A program made the translations under genes and the position numbers. A stretch of 64,000 nt of DNA from an uncultured Pseudomonadota bacterium (GTDB lineage Bacteria > Pseudomonadota > Gammaproteobacteria > Steroidobacterales > Steroidobacteraceae): the NCBI GenBank assembly GCA_963712795.1, contig CAVQJH010000015.1:577543-641542 (forward strand), written 5' to 3'. Positions 17,885 through 26,993 of the stretch are shown here, piece by piece. The stretch's first letter is position 1; every line of letters begins with the position of its first letter. The notes beneath the pieces are model-generated. The model saw only the letters and a list, made by a program, of their open reading frames with translations. It was not told the origin of the DNA and did no database searches.

Positions 17885-17953
17885 CGAGTTCCTCAGACCC
17901 CGGCTCCTCCTTTGAGAGGAGGGAAGGAAGGCCTTGCCAGCCCCGCCACTTGC

Positions 17954-17979
17954 TTAATGTAATCTTCCTATTACACTAA
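17954..17979 (+). promoter_or_regulatory. imperfect inverted repeat TTAATGTAAT-N6-ATTACACTAA upstream of hipB; candidate HipB operator
   Basis: Half-sites match 8/10 as reverse complements. Located 17-42 nt upstream of the hipB start. Confidence 0.3.
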
Positions 17980-17995
17980 TGGCATTTTATGGAAC

Positions 17996-18343
17996 ATGAA
18001 GATTACATCTATGCCCACCCCACATAGGCCTTCCATCGGTGTTCGCAGAGCCCTGCGCAAGCTTGGACACGACCTGCGCGATGCGAGACGACGTCGCGGT
18101 CTCCCGGCCTGGGTTGTGGCCGAACGCGCCTTTACTAGCCGCCCCACTCTACAGCGCGTCGAACAGGGAGATCCGGCCGTAGGTATTGGCATCTATGCCG
18201 CCGTCCTCCAAGCGCTCGGATTTCTTGATGAGCTAAGCCAGGTCGCTGATGCAAGTCGCGACGCTGCTGGCGTTGCCCTAGCCAACGAGAAGTTGCCGCA
18301 GCGAATTCGATTGCGGCGCGTACCCGAGATCAATCGTGGCTGA
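17996..18343 (+). CDS. hipB: HipB-like XRE-family HTH antitoxin/transcriptional regulator
   Basis: 115-aa protein with an HTH region (LRDARRRRGLPAWVVAERAFTSRPTLQRVEQGD). Overlaps the hipA start by 8 nt. Confidence 0.7.
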   Translation: MKITSMPTPHRPSIGVRRALRKLGHDLRDARRRRGLPAWVVAERAFTSRPTLQRVEQGDPAVGIGIYAAVLQALGFLDELSQVADASRDAAGVALANEKLPQRIRLRRVPEINRG

Positions 18344-19583
18344 AATCGAAGTCTATATCGATTTCGCGCCGGGATTGAAGCGCGTTGGGACGCTGCACCG
18401 CCATGCGCGACGTGGCGGAGAAGCGATCAGTTTCGAGTACCACGCAGACTGGCTTGCGGATCCAGCAAGATTTTCTCTGGAGCCTGCCCTTGCACTCGGC
18501 CGGGGCGCGTTTGCCCCCGCCGACCAGCAGCTAATTTTTGGCTCCATCGGCGACTCCGCGCCGGATACGTGGGGCCGCCGCCTGATGCAACGCGCCGAGC
18601 GCCGGCGCGCCGTGCGCGACGGTCGCGCGCCGCGCACCCTTCAAGAACTCGATTATCTTCTCGGAGTGTCCGATGTCTCCCGTCTTGGTGCGCTACGATT
18701 CCGTAACGCCGGAGAGGAGGCCTTCCAGTCTTCGGCCGCAGGTGGTGTACCTAAACTCGTTGACCTCGGTCGGCTGCTCGGAGTGACCGAGCGGATCCTT
18801 CGCGAGGAGGAGACAGACGAGGACCTGCAGATGATCTTCGCGCCAGGCTCATCTCTCGGGGGAGCACGGCCAAAAGCGTCAGTCGTTGATCAGCACGGCC
18901 AACTTTCCATCGCCAAATTTCCAAAGGAAATCGACGAGTACAGCATGGAGCTGTGGGAGTTCGTTGCGCTTAATCTCGCAAAGCAAGCCGGAATTCGAAC
19001 TCCTGTTAATGAGTTACTCAGCGTCGCCGGTAGGCCTGTATTGCTCTCGCGTCGCTTCGATCGTGCCGATGCCACACGCATCCCGTTTCTATCTGGTCTT
19101 TCGATGCTGACCCTCAAGGATGGAGAGCGCGCCAGCTACCCAGAGCTAGTGGACGTGCTAACTGAGAATGGCGCTCAAGCGCGAGAGGACGCGCATGAGT
19201 TGTACAGGCGAATGGTCTTGAACGTGCTGATCTCAAATGACGATGATCACTTGCGCAACCACGGCTTTCTATGGACAGGACCACAAGGCTGGACACTTTC
19301 GCCGGCGTACGACCTAAATCCCACACCCGTGGACGTACGTCCACGCATTCTGAGCACGAACATCACTCTGGACGACGCCACGTGTGACCTGGACCTTGTA
19401 CTTTCGACCGCGGAGTACTTTTCTCTGGCGCTCAGGGATGCGAGACAGGTAGTTAGCGAGGTTGCCAAGACAACCGTGAAGTGGCGAGAAGTGGCCGCTG
19501 AAGCGGGCGCCTCCAATGCCGAAATTCAACGCATGGCAAGCGCGTTTGAGCACGACGACCTGCACCGCGCCCTCGCTCTTTGA
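18336..19583 (+). CDS. hipA: HipA-family serine/threonine kinase toxin (type II TA)
   Basis: HipA N-terminal domain plus kinase core motifs: SLGGARPK (cf. SLSGAQPK) and DDHLRNHGF (catalytic loop); also LSPAYDLNPT. Typical hipB-hipA overlap. Confidence 0.85.
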   Translation: MAEIEVYIDFAPGLKRVGTLHRHARRGGEAISFEYHADWLADPARFSLEPALALGRGAFAPADQQLIFGSIGDSAPDTWGRRLMQRAERRRAVRDGRAPRTLQELDYLLGVSDVSRLGALRFRNAGEEAFQSSAAGGVPKLVDLGRLLGVTERILREEETDEDLQMIFAPGSSLGGARPKASVVDQHGQLSIAKFPKEIDEYSMELWEFVALNLAKQAGIRTPVNELLSVAGRPVLLSRRFDRADATRIPFLSGLSMLTLKDGERASYPELVDVLTENGAQAREDAHELYRRMVLNVLISNDDDHLRNHGFLWTGPQGWTLSPAYDLNPTPVDVRPRILSTNITLDDATCDLDLVLSTAEYFSLALRDARQVVSEVAKTTVKWREVAAEAGASNAEIQRMASAFEHDDLHRALAL

Positions 19584-19624
19584 AAGGCATCCAGCAAGCG
19601 AGTGGACGATGCACGACGTGAACC

Positions 19625-20266
19625 TCACCGTGTTCTTTCCAACACCCGCTCGCGGACCAGGTCATCTTCTCGAGTCCTCGCTGATCTCTGCGCGTTTACA
19701 CGGCGAATGAGTTCGCTGGCGATTCGCTCCCGATCCGTGAGCACCGGTGGCAGGCTCTTTACGAATTGCCGGACCTCGCTCGCGAGAACGGTTTCTCCTT
19801 GCTTTTCCAGCAGGGCAGTCACTCCCCGCCAACCGGCGACCACTACCTTTCGCGTCTCAGCTAGTTTGGCGTGCGCCGGATCGCGAATCGTGCCGGACCT
19901 AGCCAGCTCTCTGGCGACGCCTTCGACCTTGTCGCGGAGGGCATATGAGGTTCGCCGTCTCGTGGTCCGGTAGTGGCCATCCCGCTCAACTCCCTTGCTT
20001 CGTCCCCGCACCACCCGCGGCGTTGCGTTGGCGGCGACACCCTGGTCCCGCATCATCCGCGCGAAGTCCTGGCGCCACTCGCGTAGCATCGCTTTGCCGA
20101 TGTGGAGAAGGGAGGGACACCCGGACCGGGCGGGGACGCATTCTCCGAGTACAATCGGCACGGCGAGCGGAAGGACCCATGATCGGCCTCGTTTACAGGC
20201 TGGTTGTGGTAGGCGCTCGCTCGTGTTACCGCACGGGCGGGCGCCGCCTTGAACAGACTGAGGCAC
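19625..20266 (-). pseudogene. relic of a MOB relaxase gene (C-terminal ~160 aa only); N-terminal relaxase domain missing
   Basis: Residues from …LLHIGKAMLREWRQDFARMMRDQGVAANATPRVVRGRSKG… onward align with 58846-59706 (…LHIDKPMLREWREDFARTMREQGIAANATSRVIRGRNKG…). The first ~55 aa of the ORF do not align. No HxDxxHxH motif is present. Confidence 0.6.
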
Positions 20267-20347
20267 GATCGGCAGGGGTATGCCTTCGGGGTATCCGGGA
20301 AGGAGGTCGGCTAATCCGCTTTCGGTTTCAAAGGCTTAGGTCCATCC

Positions 20348-20364
20348 TTCGATTCCGACCCTAG
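20348..20364 (+). repeat. attR-like direct repeat (ttcgattccgaccctag), copy of the tRNA-Cys 3' end
   Basis: Exact 17-nt match to 16671-16687. Lies right after the relaxase relic and before the GC-rich nmrA-like gene. Confidence 0.7.
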
Positions 20365-20401
20365 TTCGATCTCAATCTTCATTTGGTGTGAACGTCGCGG
20401 T

Positions 20402-21274
20402 TCACGCCCTCACGGCCTTCTGGGCCGCCGCGAAGACCTCGCGTGCGGACGTCGTACCCGCTACGTGCTCCGTACCCGCGACTCCGAGGTCCATCCATCC
20501 TGCATTCACGGCCTCAAACATTTCTTCGGCAGGTCCGGTGTGGCCCTTCGGGATGCCGAATTGCTCGAACGCTTCCGCCCACCCTGCACGCGGGACTGCA
20601 AAGGCTTTCACGTCGAGATTCAGGACTTCACCCAATTGCTCCGCGACTTCATCCGCGGTGATCATCGAACCAAGCTCGACGACGCGCTGCCCTGACCACG
20701 CTGGCCCGGTCAAAAGGGTTGCCACCTCCGCGCCGATGTCGTTCGTCGCGACCATGGTCGACTTCCGGTTTGTCGGATTGTAGTAGACCGGTAGCGTTCC
20801 ACCCTGGGCGACCTGCAAGCCGTAGAGGAAGTTTTCGAAGAATCCACCTGCGCGCACAAATGCAATTGGCGATACCAGGTCGCGAAAACCTTGCTCCAGA
20901 AGCGACAAGGCCGTGATCATCCCAAGCCCGCTGGTCCTGTTCGCACCCATCGATGAAAGCGCCACCACCCGCGGCGGCGCTGCCTTGGTGAGCGCCTCGA
21001 CATAGTTCGCGATCACGCCCTTGGCTTCTTTGTAATCGGGCGAGGGGGCCCAGACAGCCGGCAACATGACAAACGCGCCTTCGACACCTTTGAGCGCCCG
21101 CTCGATGGCTGCCGATTCATTCCAATCACCCTCAACCAGTTCCACGCCCTGGTTCGCCCAGCTTGACGCCTTCTCGCGATTGCGGACCAGCGCTCGTACT
21201 TCCTTGCCGCGCGCCAACAGATGTGCTGCCGTTGCGCCGCCGACTTTTCCCGTGATTCCCATTACTAAAAACAT
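20402..21274 (-). CDS. NmrA-like NAD(P)-binding (atypical SDR) family protein
   Basis: N-terminal Rossmann motif MFLVMGITGKVGGATAAHLLARGKEVRALVRN. Length and pattern typical of the NmrA/HSCARG family. Confidence 0.8.
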   Translation of the reverse strand: MFLVMGITGKVGGATAAHLLARGKEVRALVRNREKASSWANQGVELVEGDWNESAAIERALKGVEGAFVMLPAVWAPSPDYKEAKGVIANYVEALTKAAPPRVVALSSMGANRTSGLGMITALSLLEQGFRDLVSPIAFVRAGGFFENFLYGLQVAQGGTLPVYYNPTNRKSTMVATNDIGAEVATLLTGPAWSGQRVVELGSMITADEVAEQLGEVLNLDVKAFAVPRAGWAEAFEQFGIPKGHTGPAEEMFEAVNAGWMDLGVAGTEHVAGTTSAREVFAAAQKAVRA

Positions 21275-21319
21275 GTGTTTTCTCCTGATCTTGAGGGGCA
21301 GAGCACTGCCCCTGTTGGT

Positions 21320-21742
21320 TCAACTGATGAGCGGCAGAATGGCCCGGATACGGGGATCGCGCGCATAGAGGCCGCCCCATGTCATCGCGCCCAGAAGCAG
21401 GGCAATGATTTCCGGCGGCGATCCCAACTCACCAATGCGGACATGGGCGCAGATGGCACCTCCCAAAAAGCCCGTCACCAGGATCGCGCCGAGGACGGCG
21501 GTGGCCGGGATGGCGTAAAGGATGGCGCAGGCGAGTATGATCGGACCCACGATGCGGGTCAGGTCCATCGCGAACCCGGTTTCCTGCAACATGCTCGCGA
21601 TCTGTGCCGGCGCGAAAAGCTGAATAGTGGCGTCTGCCACCAGAGCGATAACGACAAACGCGCTCATTATCCGGCCGGCCCACAGGGCGCGATGCAAAGT
21701 CATAGTTTCAGGCACCTGATGCAGATTCATAGTTTCGGGCAC
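21320..21742 (-). CDS. DoxX-family membrane protein
   Basis: ~130-aa protein with 3-4 TM helices (RIMSAFVVIALVADATIQLFAPAQ…IVGPIILACAILYAI…ILVTGFLGGAICAHV). Start ambiguous (21742/21730/21703). Confidence 0.7.
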   Translation of the reverse strand: MPETMNLHQVPETMTLHRALWAGRIMSAFVVIALVADATIQLFAPAQIASMLQETGFAMDLTRIVGPIILACAILYAIPATAVLGAILVTGFLGGAICAHVRIGELGSPPEIIALLLGAMTWGGLYARDPRIRAILPLIS

Positions 21743-21765
21743 TTGTCATTCTCCGATAGGGGGAT

Positions 21766-21782
21766 CCCCTATTTCCGGAGCT
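21766..21782 (+). promoter_or_regulatory. near-perfect palindrome ATAGGGGGATCCCCTAT in the divergent doxX/nmrA-lysR intergenic region; candidate LysR-type (T-N11-A / ATAG-N-CTAT) box
   Basis: Seen directly in sequence, ~80 nt upstream of the lysR-family start and ~25 nt upstream of doxX. Confidence 0.35.
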
Positions 21783-21863
21783 TACTGTGTCTCTTGGGTA
21801 TGATAAACGCCGAGGAACTGAACTTACTGTTCTCTCCACGGCGAACAATACCGAGGCACGAAA

Positions 21864-22769
21864 ATGCAGAATCTCGAACCTATCCTCATTTTCATAACGG
21901 TAGCGGAAATGGGGAGCTTCACCCACGCAGCCGATAGCCTGGGCATTCAGAAGGGAAGGGCCTCAACGGCGGTCCGGAAGCTGGAAGAAGATGTCGGTGT
22001 CAGGCTTCTGCACCGGACGACGCGTAGCGTGCAGTTGACGGAAGACGGACGGGTTTTTCATGCGCGTGCCCGCGATCTGCTTGCTGACGTTGACGATCTG
22101 TACTCAATGTTCGCAAGCGATCGAGTGGCTCTTCGCGGGCGCTTACGGGTTGATCTGCCGAGCGAGCTGGCGCGCACCACTATCGTGCCGGCCTTGCCGG
22201 CCTTCATGGCGACTTATCCCGAGTTGGAGCTGGAGGTGTCGAGTACGGATCGCCAAGTTGATCTGGTTCAAGAGGGGTTTGACTGCGTATTGCGACTTGG
22301 TCCCATCGGGGACGAGACGCTGATTGCGCGCCCGCTGGGCAAGTTACGCATGATCAACGCCGCCAGTCCTGCCTACCTGGCGCGCCATGGCGTCCCTCGA
22401 TCGCTGGAAGATCTGCAGCATCAGGAACATCGGGCAATTCATTTCGCGAGGACACTCGGCGCAAAACCCTATGGATGGGAGTATCCGCACGGCGATAGCT
22501 ACGCGAGGCTTCAGTTGCGAGGTGCGCTGCACGTCAACAGCGTGCAGTCCTACGAAGCCGCTGGCATCGCCGGCCTTGGCCTGATTCAGGCACCACTGTT
22601 GGCGATTGGGCGTTACTTGGAGAGTGGAGCGTTGATAGAGCTTCTACCAGATTTTCAGCACAAGCCGCTCGACGTCTCCCTGGTAGTAGCGCATCGGCGC
22701 AACCTGTCACGCCGAGTCCGCGCATTCATGAAATGGATCGAAAATGTGCTCGCGCCCCACCTGGAATAG
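21864..22769 (+). CDS. LysR-family transcriptional regulator
   Basis: N-terminal HTH (ILIFITVAEMGSFTHAADSLGIQKGRASTAVRKLEEDVGVRLLHRTTRSVQLTEDG). LysR substrate-binding domain follows. Divergent from the doxX-nmrA pair. Confidence 0.85.
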   Translation: MQNLEPILIFITVAEMGSFTHAADSLGIQKGRASTAVRKLEEDVGVRLLHRTTRSVQLTEDGRVFHARARDLLADVDDLYSMFASDRVALRGRLRVDLPSELARTTIVPALPAFMATYPELELEVSSTDRQVDLVQEGFDCVLRLGPIGDETLIARPLGKLRMINAASPAYLARHGVPRSLEDLQHQEHRAIHFARTLGAKPYGWEYPHGDSYARLQLRGALHVNSVQSYEAAGIAGLGLIQAPLLAIGRYLESGALIELLPDFQHKPLDVSLVVAHRRNLSRRVRAFMKWIENVLAPHLE

Positions 22770-22828
22770 CGCTGCAGTGCCGCGTGCAACGTCATCGAAT
22801 CCATTTCGGATCGAGCGCGGTATAATTA

Positions 22829-23107
22829 GTGTCTCGATCGCCCCGCGGAGATTCCCGAATGACTGAAGACGTGCAAGCAGAGCTGGCGAGGCTTCGAGCC
22901 GAGAATGAGCACCTGAAGCAGGCAGGGCGCAGCAAGCTCGCGATGAAAGTCAGCGAGAAGGGCGCGCTGTCCGTCTACGGCATGGGGCGTTTCCCGGTTA
23001 CGCTCTACAAGGAACAGTGGCTGCGGCTGCTTTCGATGGCCGAGGAGATCAAGGCCTTCATCGAGGCGAACCAGGCCAGCCTGAAGTCAAAGGATTCCAA
23101 GGAATAG
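22829..23107 (+). CDS. small hypothetical coiled-coil protein (likely start 22859, MTEDVQAEL…)
   Basis: 92-aa ORF with helical heptad-like sequence (AELARLRAENEHLKQ…). No family recognised. Confidence 0.3.
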   Translation: MSRSPRGDSRMTEDVQAELARLRAENEHLKQAGRSKLAMKVSEKGALSVYGMGRFPVTLYKEQWLRLLSMAEEIKAFIEANQASLKSKDSKE

Positions 23108-23167
23108 TCGACCACATTGAAAATGAGTGTATTCGGTCTTGGCTGGATCATGGCGTAAACTCCGGGA

Positions 23168-23821
23168 ATGAACGCCAAGACCTGGACCGCCGTAGACGAC
23201 TACCTGAGCCGTCTCATCGTGCACCCCGACGCTGCGCTCGCAGCCGCCCGCGAGGCGAGTAAGGCCGGGGGCCTGCCCGATATCGCAGTGAGCGCGCCGC
23301 AGGGTAAGCTCCTCAACCTGCTGGCGAGGTCCATGGGAGCACGGCGCATCCTCGAGATCGGCACCCTGGGCGGCTACAGCGCCATCTGGCTGGCGCGCGC
23401 GCTGCCCCCCGGTGGCCAGCTCGTCACCCTTGAATACAGCCCCAAGCATGCCGAGATCGCAAGCGCCAATCTGGCGCGCGCCGGACTCGGGGAGATGGCC
23501 GAGGTCAGGGTGGGGCCGGGGCTGGAGCTGCTGCCCAGGCTCACCGGTCCCTTCGATTTCTTCTTCATCGACGCCGACAAGGAAGGCTATCCCGACTACT
23601 TCCGGGCCTGCCTCGCGCTGGCGCGTCCCGGAAGCATGATGGTGTTCGACAACGTCGTGCGCGACGGTGAAGTCATCGACTCACGGACCCGCGACCCAGC
23701 TGTCCGCGCAGTGCGTCAGCTGTACGAGAACATAGCCGCGGAGCCGCGCGTCTCGGCAACGTCCATCCAGACGGTTGGCTCCAAGGGCTACGACGGCTTC
23801 TGCATGCTCCTCGTGAGCTGA
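23168..23821 (+). CDS. class I SAM-dependent O-methyltransferase (family 3, caffeoyl-CoA OMT-like)
   Basis: SAM motif RILEIGTLGGYSAIWLA; LVTLEYSPKHAEIA; FDFFFIDADKEGYPDYF; MMVFDNVVRDGEV. Confidence 0.8.
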   Translation: MNAKTWTAVDDYLSRLIVHPDAALAAAREASKAGGLPDIAVSAPQGKLLNLLARSMGARRILEIGTLGGYSAIWLARALPPGGQLVTLEYSPKHAEIASANLARAGLGEMAEVRVGPGLELLPRLTGPFDFFFIDADKEGYPDYFRACLALARPGSMMVFDNVVRDGEVIDSRTRDPAVRAVRQLYENIAAEPRVSATSIQTVGSKGYDGFCMLLVS

Positions 23822-23826
23822 TCCCT

Positions 23827-25851
23827 TTACCAGATCACGCAGCGCTGCGCATTGACCATGGGGCTGTCCGCGGGAACGTGGAAAGCCTCCTGAAACTGCG
23901 GCACGTTCGCCACCGTGCCGTTCACCCGGTACTGCGGCGGCGCATGCGGGTCGATCGTGACGCGGCGGCGCGCTTCCGCCGGCCGGGTGCTGTTGGCCCA
24001 CACGTGCGCCCCCGCGATAAAGAACTGCTGGTCGGGCGTGTAGCCGTCGATGGTCTTGGCATCCTTGTAGGCGCTGGACGCATGGAAGGCGCGCCAGGCC
24101 AGCATCATGCCGCCGAGGTCAGCGGTCTCCTCGCCGGTGACGAGCTTCCCTTGCACGTGCAGGTCGCCGTCCACCGTGTAGCTCGAGAAGTGGTTCGAGA
24201 CGCAGGAGGTGGCGGCGTGGAAGCGCTTCGCGTCCTCGGGCGTCCACCAGTTCTTCAGGTTGCCGTGGCCGTCGAACTGCGCGCCCTGATCATCGAAGCC
24301 GTGGGTCATCTCATGGCCCATGACCCAGCCGATGGCGCCGTAATTGACCGCCGCCGGCGCGTTGGGATCGAAGAAGGGCGGTTGCAGGATGCCGGCCGGG
24401 AAGTTGATGTTGTTCATGGACGGGGCGTAGTAGGCATTCACCGTCTGCGGCGTCATGTACCACTCGTTCCGGTCCAGGGGCTTGCCGATCTTGTTCAATT
24501 CCCGCTTCTGCTCGAACTCGTTCGCCCGCATCACGTTGAGCACGTAGGGGCCGCGATCGATGCGCAGCGTCGAGTAGTCACGCCACTTGTCGGGGTAGCC
24601 GATGCGCTCGCCCATCATGTCGAGTTTGACCATCGCCGCCTGACGGGTCGCCGGCGTCATCCAAGGCAGGGTCGCCAGATCGCTCTTCAGCGCCGCGCGG
24701 ATGTTGTGCAGGATGTCGAGCACCTGCGCCTTGGAGGAGGGCGGGAACTCCTTCGCGACGTAGAGCTTGCCGATGGCGAAGCCGAGCGCATCGTCCTCCG
24801 CGTTGACGACGCGCTGCCAGCGCGGCAGCAGCTTCTGCGCCCCGGTTATCGCTGACTCCATCCTGAAGTTCTCATCAACAAAGGGTTTGGCGAGATACGG
24901 CGCGAAAGCGTCGATGAGGCGCCAGCGCAGATAGATCTTCCACTGCAGGAGCGGGACACTGCTCAGGTCCTTGCCGAGGGCACCGAAGAACTGCGGCATC
25001 GCGAGGTTGATGCTGGTGATCTGCGGATAGCCTATCTCCCGGAAGTACTCGCTCCAGGAGAAGTTCGGCGTGCTGTGGTCGAGCTGCGCCAGGTTCATGA
25101 CGTGGTAGATGGCGTGCGGGTTACGCTGCTCCACGCGTGACATCGATGCCTTGGCGAGGCCGGTCTCGATCGACATGACGATCGCCGCCTCTTTCGCAGC
25201 CACTGCCTTGCCGTCGCCGAGCAGCTGGAACGTGCGTGTCAGGTGCGCGACGTACTCAGCGCGGATCTGCTTGAACTTCGGATCCTGCTTCAGGTAGTAG
25301 TCGCGGTCCGGCAGCCCGATACCCCCCTGACCGGCGACTCCGATCACGCGGCTGGAATCCTTGAAGTCTTGCATCTCGCCGACGCCGAACATCGCATCGA
25401 CGCCGATCATCTGCAGCTGAGCCACCTCCCGCTGCAGGTCCTTGAGATTACGGATGCCGCCGATGCCGTCGAGCTCGGGCGATAGCGCGCCTACGCCGAC
25501 GCGATCGATGAGCTTCTCGTCCATGCCGCTGGCGTAGAAGTCACCCACCTTCTGCGCGGCGCTGCCATCCGGCGCATGCGTCTTGGCGGCATCCTGTATC
25601 AGCTGCCGAATGACCGTCTCGTTGCGGATCTGGAGGATGTTGAAACTGTCCCAGGTGGAGTACGCGGCCGGGATGGGGTGGCGCTTCTGCCAGTCGCCGT
25701 TCGCGAACTGGTAGAAGTCCTGCGCGGGCTTGGCATGAGTGTCGAGCCAGCCCGGGTGCAGTGCGTCTATATCCGCCGCAGCACCGGCGGCGAGCGCCGC
25801 CCCCGACAGGCCGAGAAGGATCCCTAGAATCGGCAGCCGATTGAGTCGCAT
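23827..25851 (-). CDS. M13-family zinc metallopeptidase (neprilysin/PepO-like), secreted
   Basis: Signal peptide (MRLNRLPILGILLGLSGAALAAGAA). Zinc motifs GHEMTHGFD and …EETADLGG…. Conserved C-terminal …NAQRCVIW. Confidence 0.85.
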   Translation of the reverse strand: MRLNRLPILGILLGLSGAALAAGAAADIDALHPGWLDTHAKPAQDFYQFANGDWQKRHPIPAAYSTWDSFNILQIRNETVIRQLIQDAAKTHAPDGSAAQKVGDFYASGMDEKLIDRVGVGALSPELDGIGGIRNLKDLQREVAQLQMIGVDAMFGVGEMQDFKDSSRVIGVAGQGGIGLPDRDYYLKQDPKFKQIRAEYVAHLTRTFQLLGDGKAVAAKEAAIVMSIETGLAKASMSRVEQRNPHAIYHVMNLAQLDHSTPNFSWSEYFREIGYPQITSINLAMPQFFGALGKDLSSVPLLQWKIYLRWRLIDAFAPYLAKPFVDENFRMESAITGAQKLLPRWQRVVNAEDDALGFAIGKLYVAKEFPPSSKAQVLDILHNIRAALKSDLATLPWMTPATRQAAMVKLDMMGERIGYPDKWRDYSTLRIDRGPYVLNVMRANEFEQKRELNKIGKPLDRNEWYMTPQTVNAYYAPSMNNINFPAGILQPPFFDPNAPAAVNYGAIGWVMGHEMTHGFDDQGAQFDGHGNLKNWWTPEDAKRFHAATSCVSNHFSSYTVDGDLHVQGKLVTGEETADLGGMMLAWRAFHASSAYKDAKTIDGYTPDQQFFIAGAHVWANSTRPAEARRRVTIDPHAPPQYRVNGTVANVPQFQEAFHVPADSPMVNAQRCVIW

Positions 25852-25917
25852 ATGTCCCCTGGCGTTATAAGCACATCCGGAGCGGGGCCGGTTTCGGCGG
25901 CCGATCCTAGCATACCG

Positions 25918-26403
25918 TCAGGGACCAAGGAGGCGGGAGGCTAGTGTCATCGCTGCTCTGAGGCCCGTGGAGGAGAGCGCCGCATCTCCGGCCAGCCGCT
26001 CGGTGAGCTGCGCGGCCGGCTGCGGCGGACAGCAGTGGTAGCCCTGCCACTGATCGCAGCCGAGCGCGCGAATGCGCTCGAGCTGCTCCGCGGTCTCCAC
26101 GCCTTCGGCAACCACTTGCAAGCGCACGCTGTGCGCGAACGAGACGATGGCCCGAACGATCGACTCGTCCGTCACGCTCGTCGGCAGATCCCTGATGAAG
26201 CTGCGATCGATCTTCAGTTTGTCGATGGGCAGCCGCCGCAGATAGCTCAGGCTGGAGTAACCCGTGCCGAAATCGTCGATCGCGATGCTGATGCCCATGG
26301 AGCGCAGCAACTTCAGAGCTGACGCGGATCTCTCCGGATCGATCATCAGCGCGCTCTCGGTGCGCCTGCGGCAGCGCCGCCCCGGTTGAGGAGCGGCACA
26401 CAA
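25918..26403 (-). pseudogene. EAL-domain (c-di-GMP phosphodiesterase) C-terminal fragment; N-terminal half absent
   Basis: Contains DDFGTGYSSLSYLRRLPIDKLKIDRSFIRDL and …RLQVVAEGVETAEQLERIRALGCDQWQGY. Only ~125 aa of a ~240-aa EAL domain are present. Confidence 0.6.
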
Positions 26404-26813
26404 GCGCGAACCAGTGTACCGCCCGCGGTGGATTCGACGGTGAACGTGCCCCCGAGTTGGCGGATGCGCTCACGCATGCCCGCGACACCGACACCGGCAA
26501 ACCGTCGGACAGCTTCGCGGCTTCCTGTTCGAGCTGGACGAGCTCGATCTCGAGCGCCGCGAGCGACTGGCCGGTCGAATCGTGCAGATCCCGCCCGATG
26601 CGCCGCCGGTCCTCGTCCTGCAGCCGCAACAGCTCGGCCGAGACCTGCCGCAGCTGCAGCGCGGACCTCGCTCGCAGCCGCCAACGCCGCTCCCAGGCCG
26701 TGATCGAGCATGGTCTGGGTAGCGCTCGTCAGCGCCGCTGTCACGCCCCGCAGGCGCTCTTGCTCGTCCTGCATCACCTGCAGGTAATCGTCGTGGATCC
26801 TCAAGGGCGGCAA
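26346..26813 (-). pseudogene. sensor histidine kinase remnants (HisKA_3 and HATPase_c pieces in different frames, 25907-26813)
   Basis: Frame A (25907-26629): RRRIGRDLHDSTGQSLAALEIELVQLEQEA, a HisKA_3 H-box. Frame B (26346-26813): GVGVAGMRERIRQLGGTFTVESTAGGTLVRACVPL, a HATPase G2/C-terminus. The pieces are out of frame and lack the intervening N/G1 boxes. Confidence 0.55.
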
Positions 26814-26993
26814 AGGCGCTGCCGGCCGCCACCGCTGCCTGCGGGCGAGGAAGTGCCGGGCGCGTCACGCCCGGCCAGGGGGAAGTGCTACCGCGTGCAC
26901 AGTTCGAGCGCGCGTCTATGGCGGCCTCGGGGCACACTCTGGGAGACTGACGAATGGCTGCGGTCGCGCCTGGCGCGAGATTCGGGGTGAGGT

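Larger units (their letters stand above)
16688..20364. mobile_element. decayed tRNA-Cys-integrated genomic island remnant (~3.7 kb) carrying hipBA and a relaxase fragment; no integrase
   Basis: Bounded by 17-bp direct repeats of the tRNA 3' end. GC is visibly lower than flanks. Contents are a TA module and a truncated MOB relaxase; no recombinase ORF found. Confidence 0.6.
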
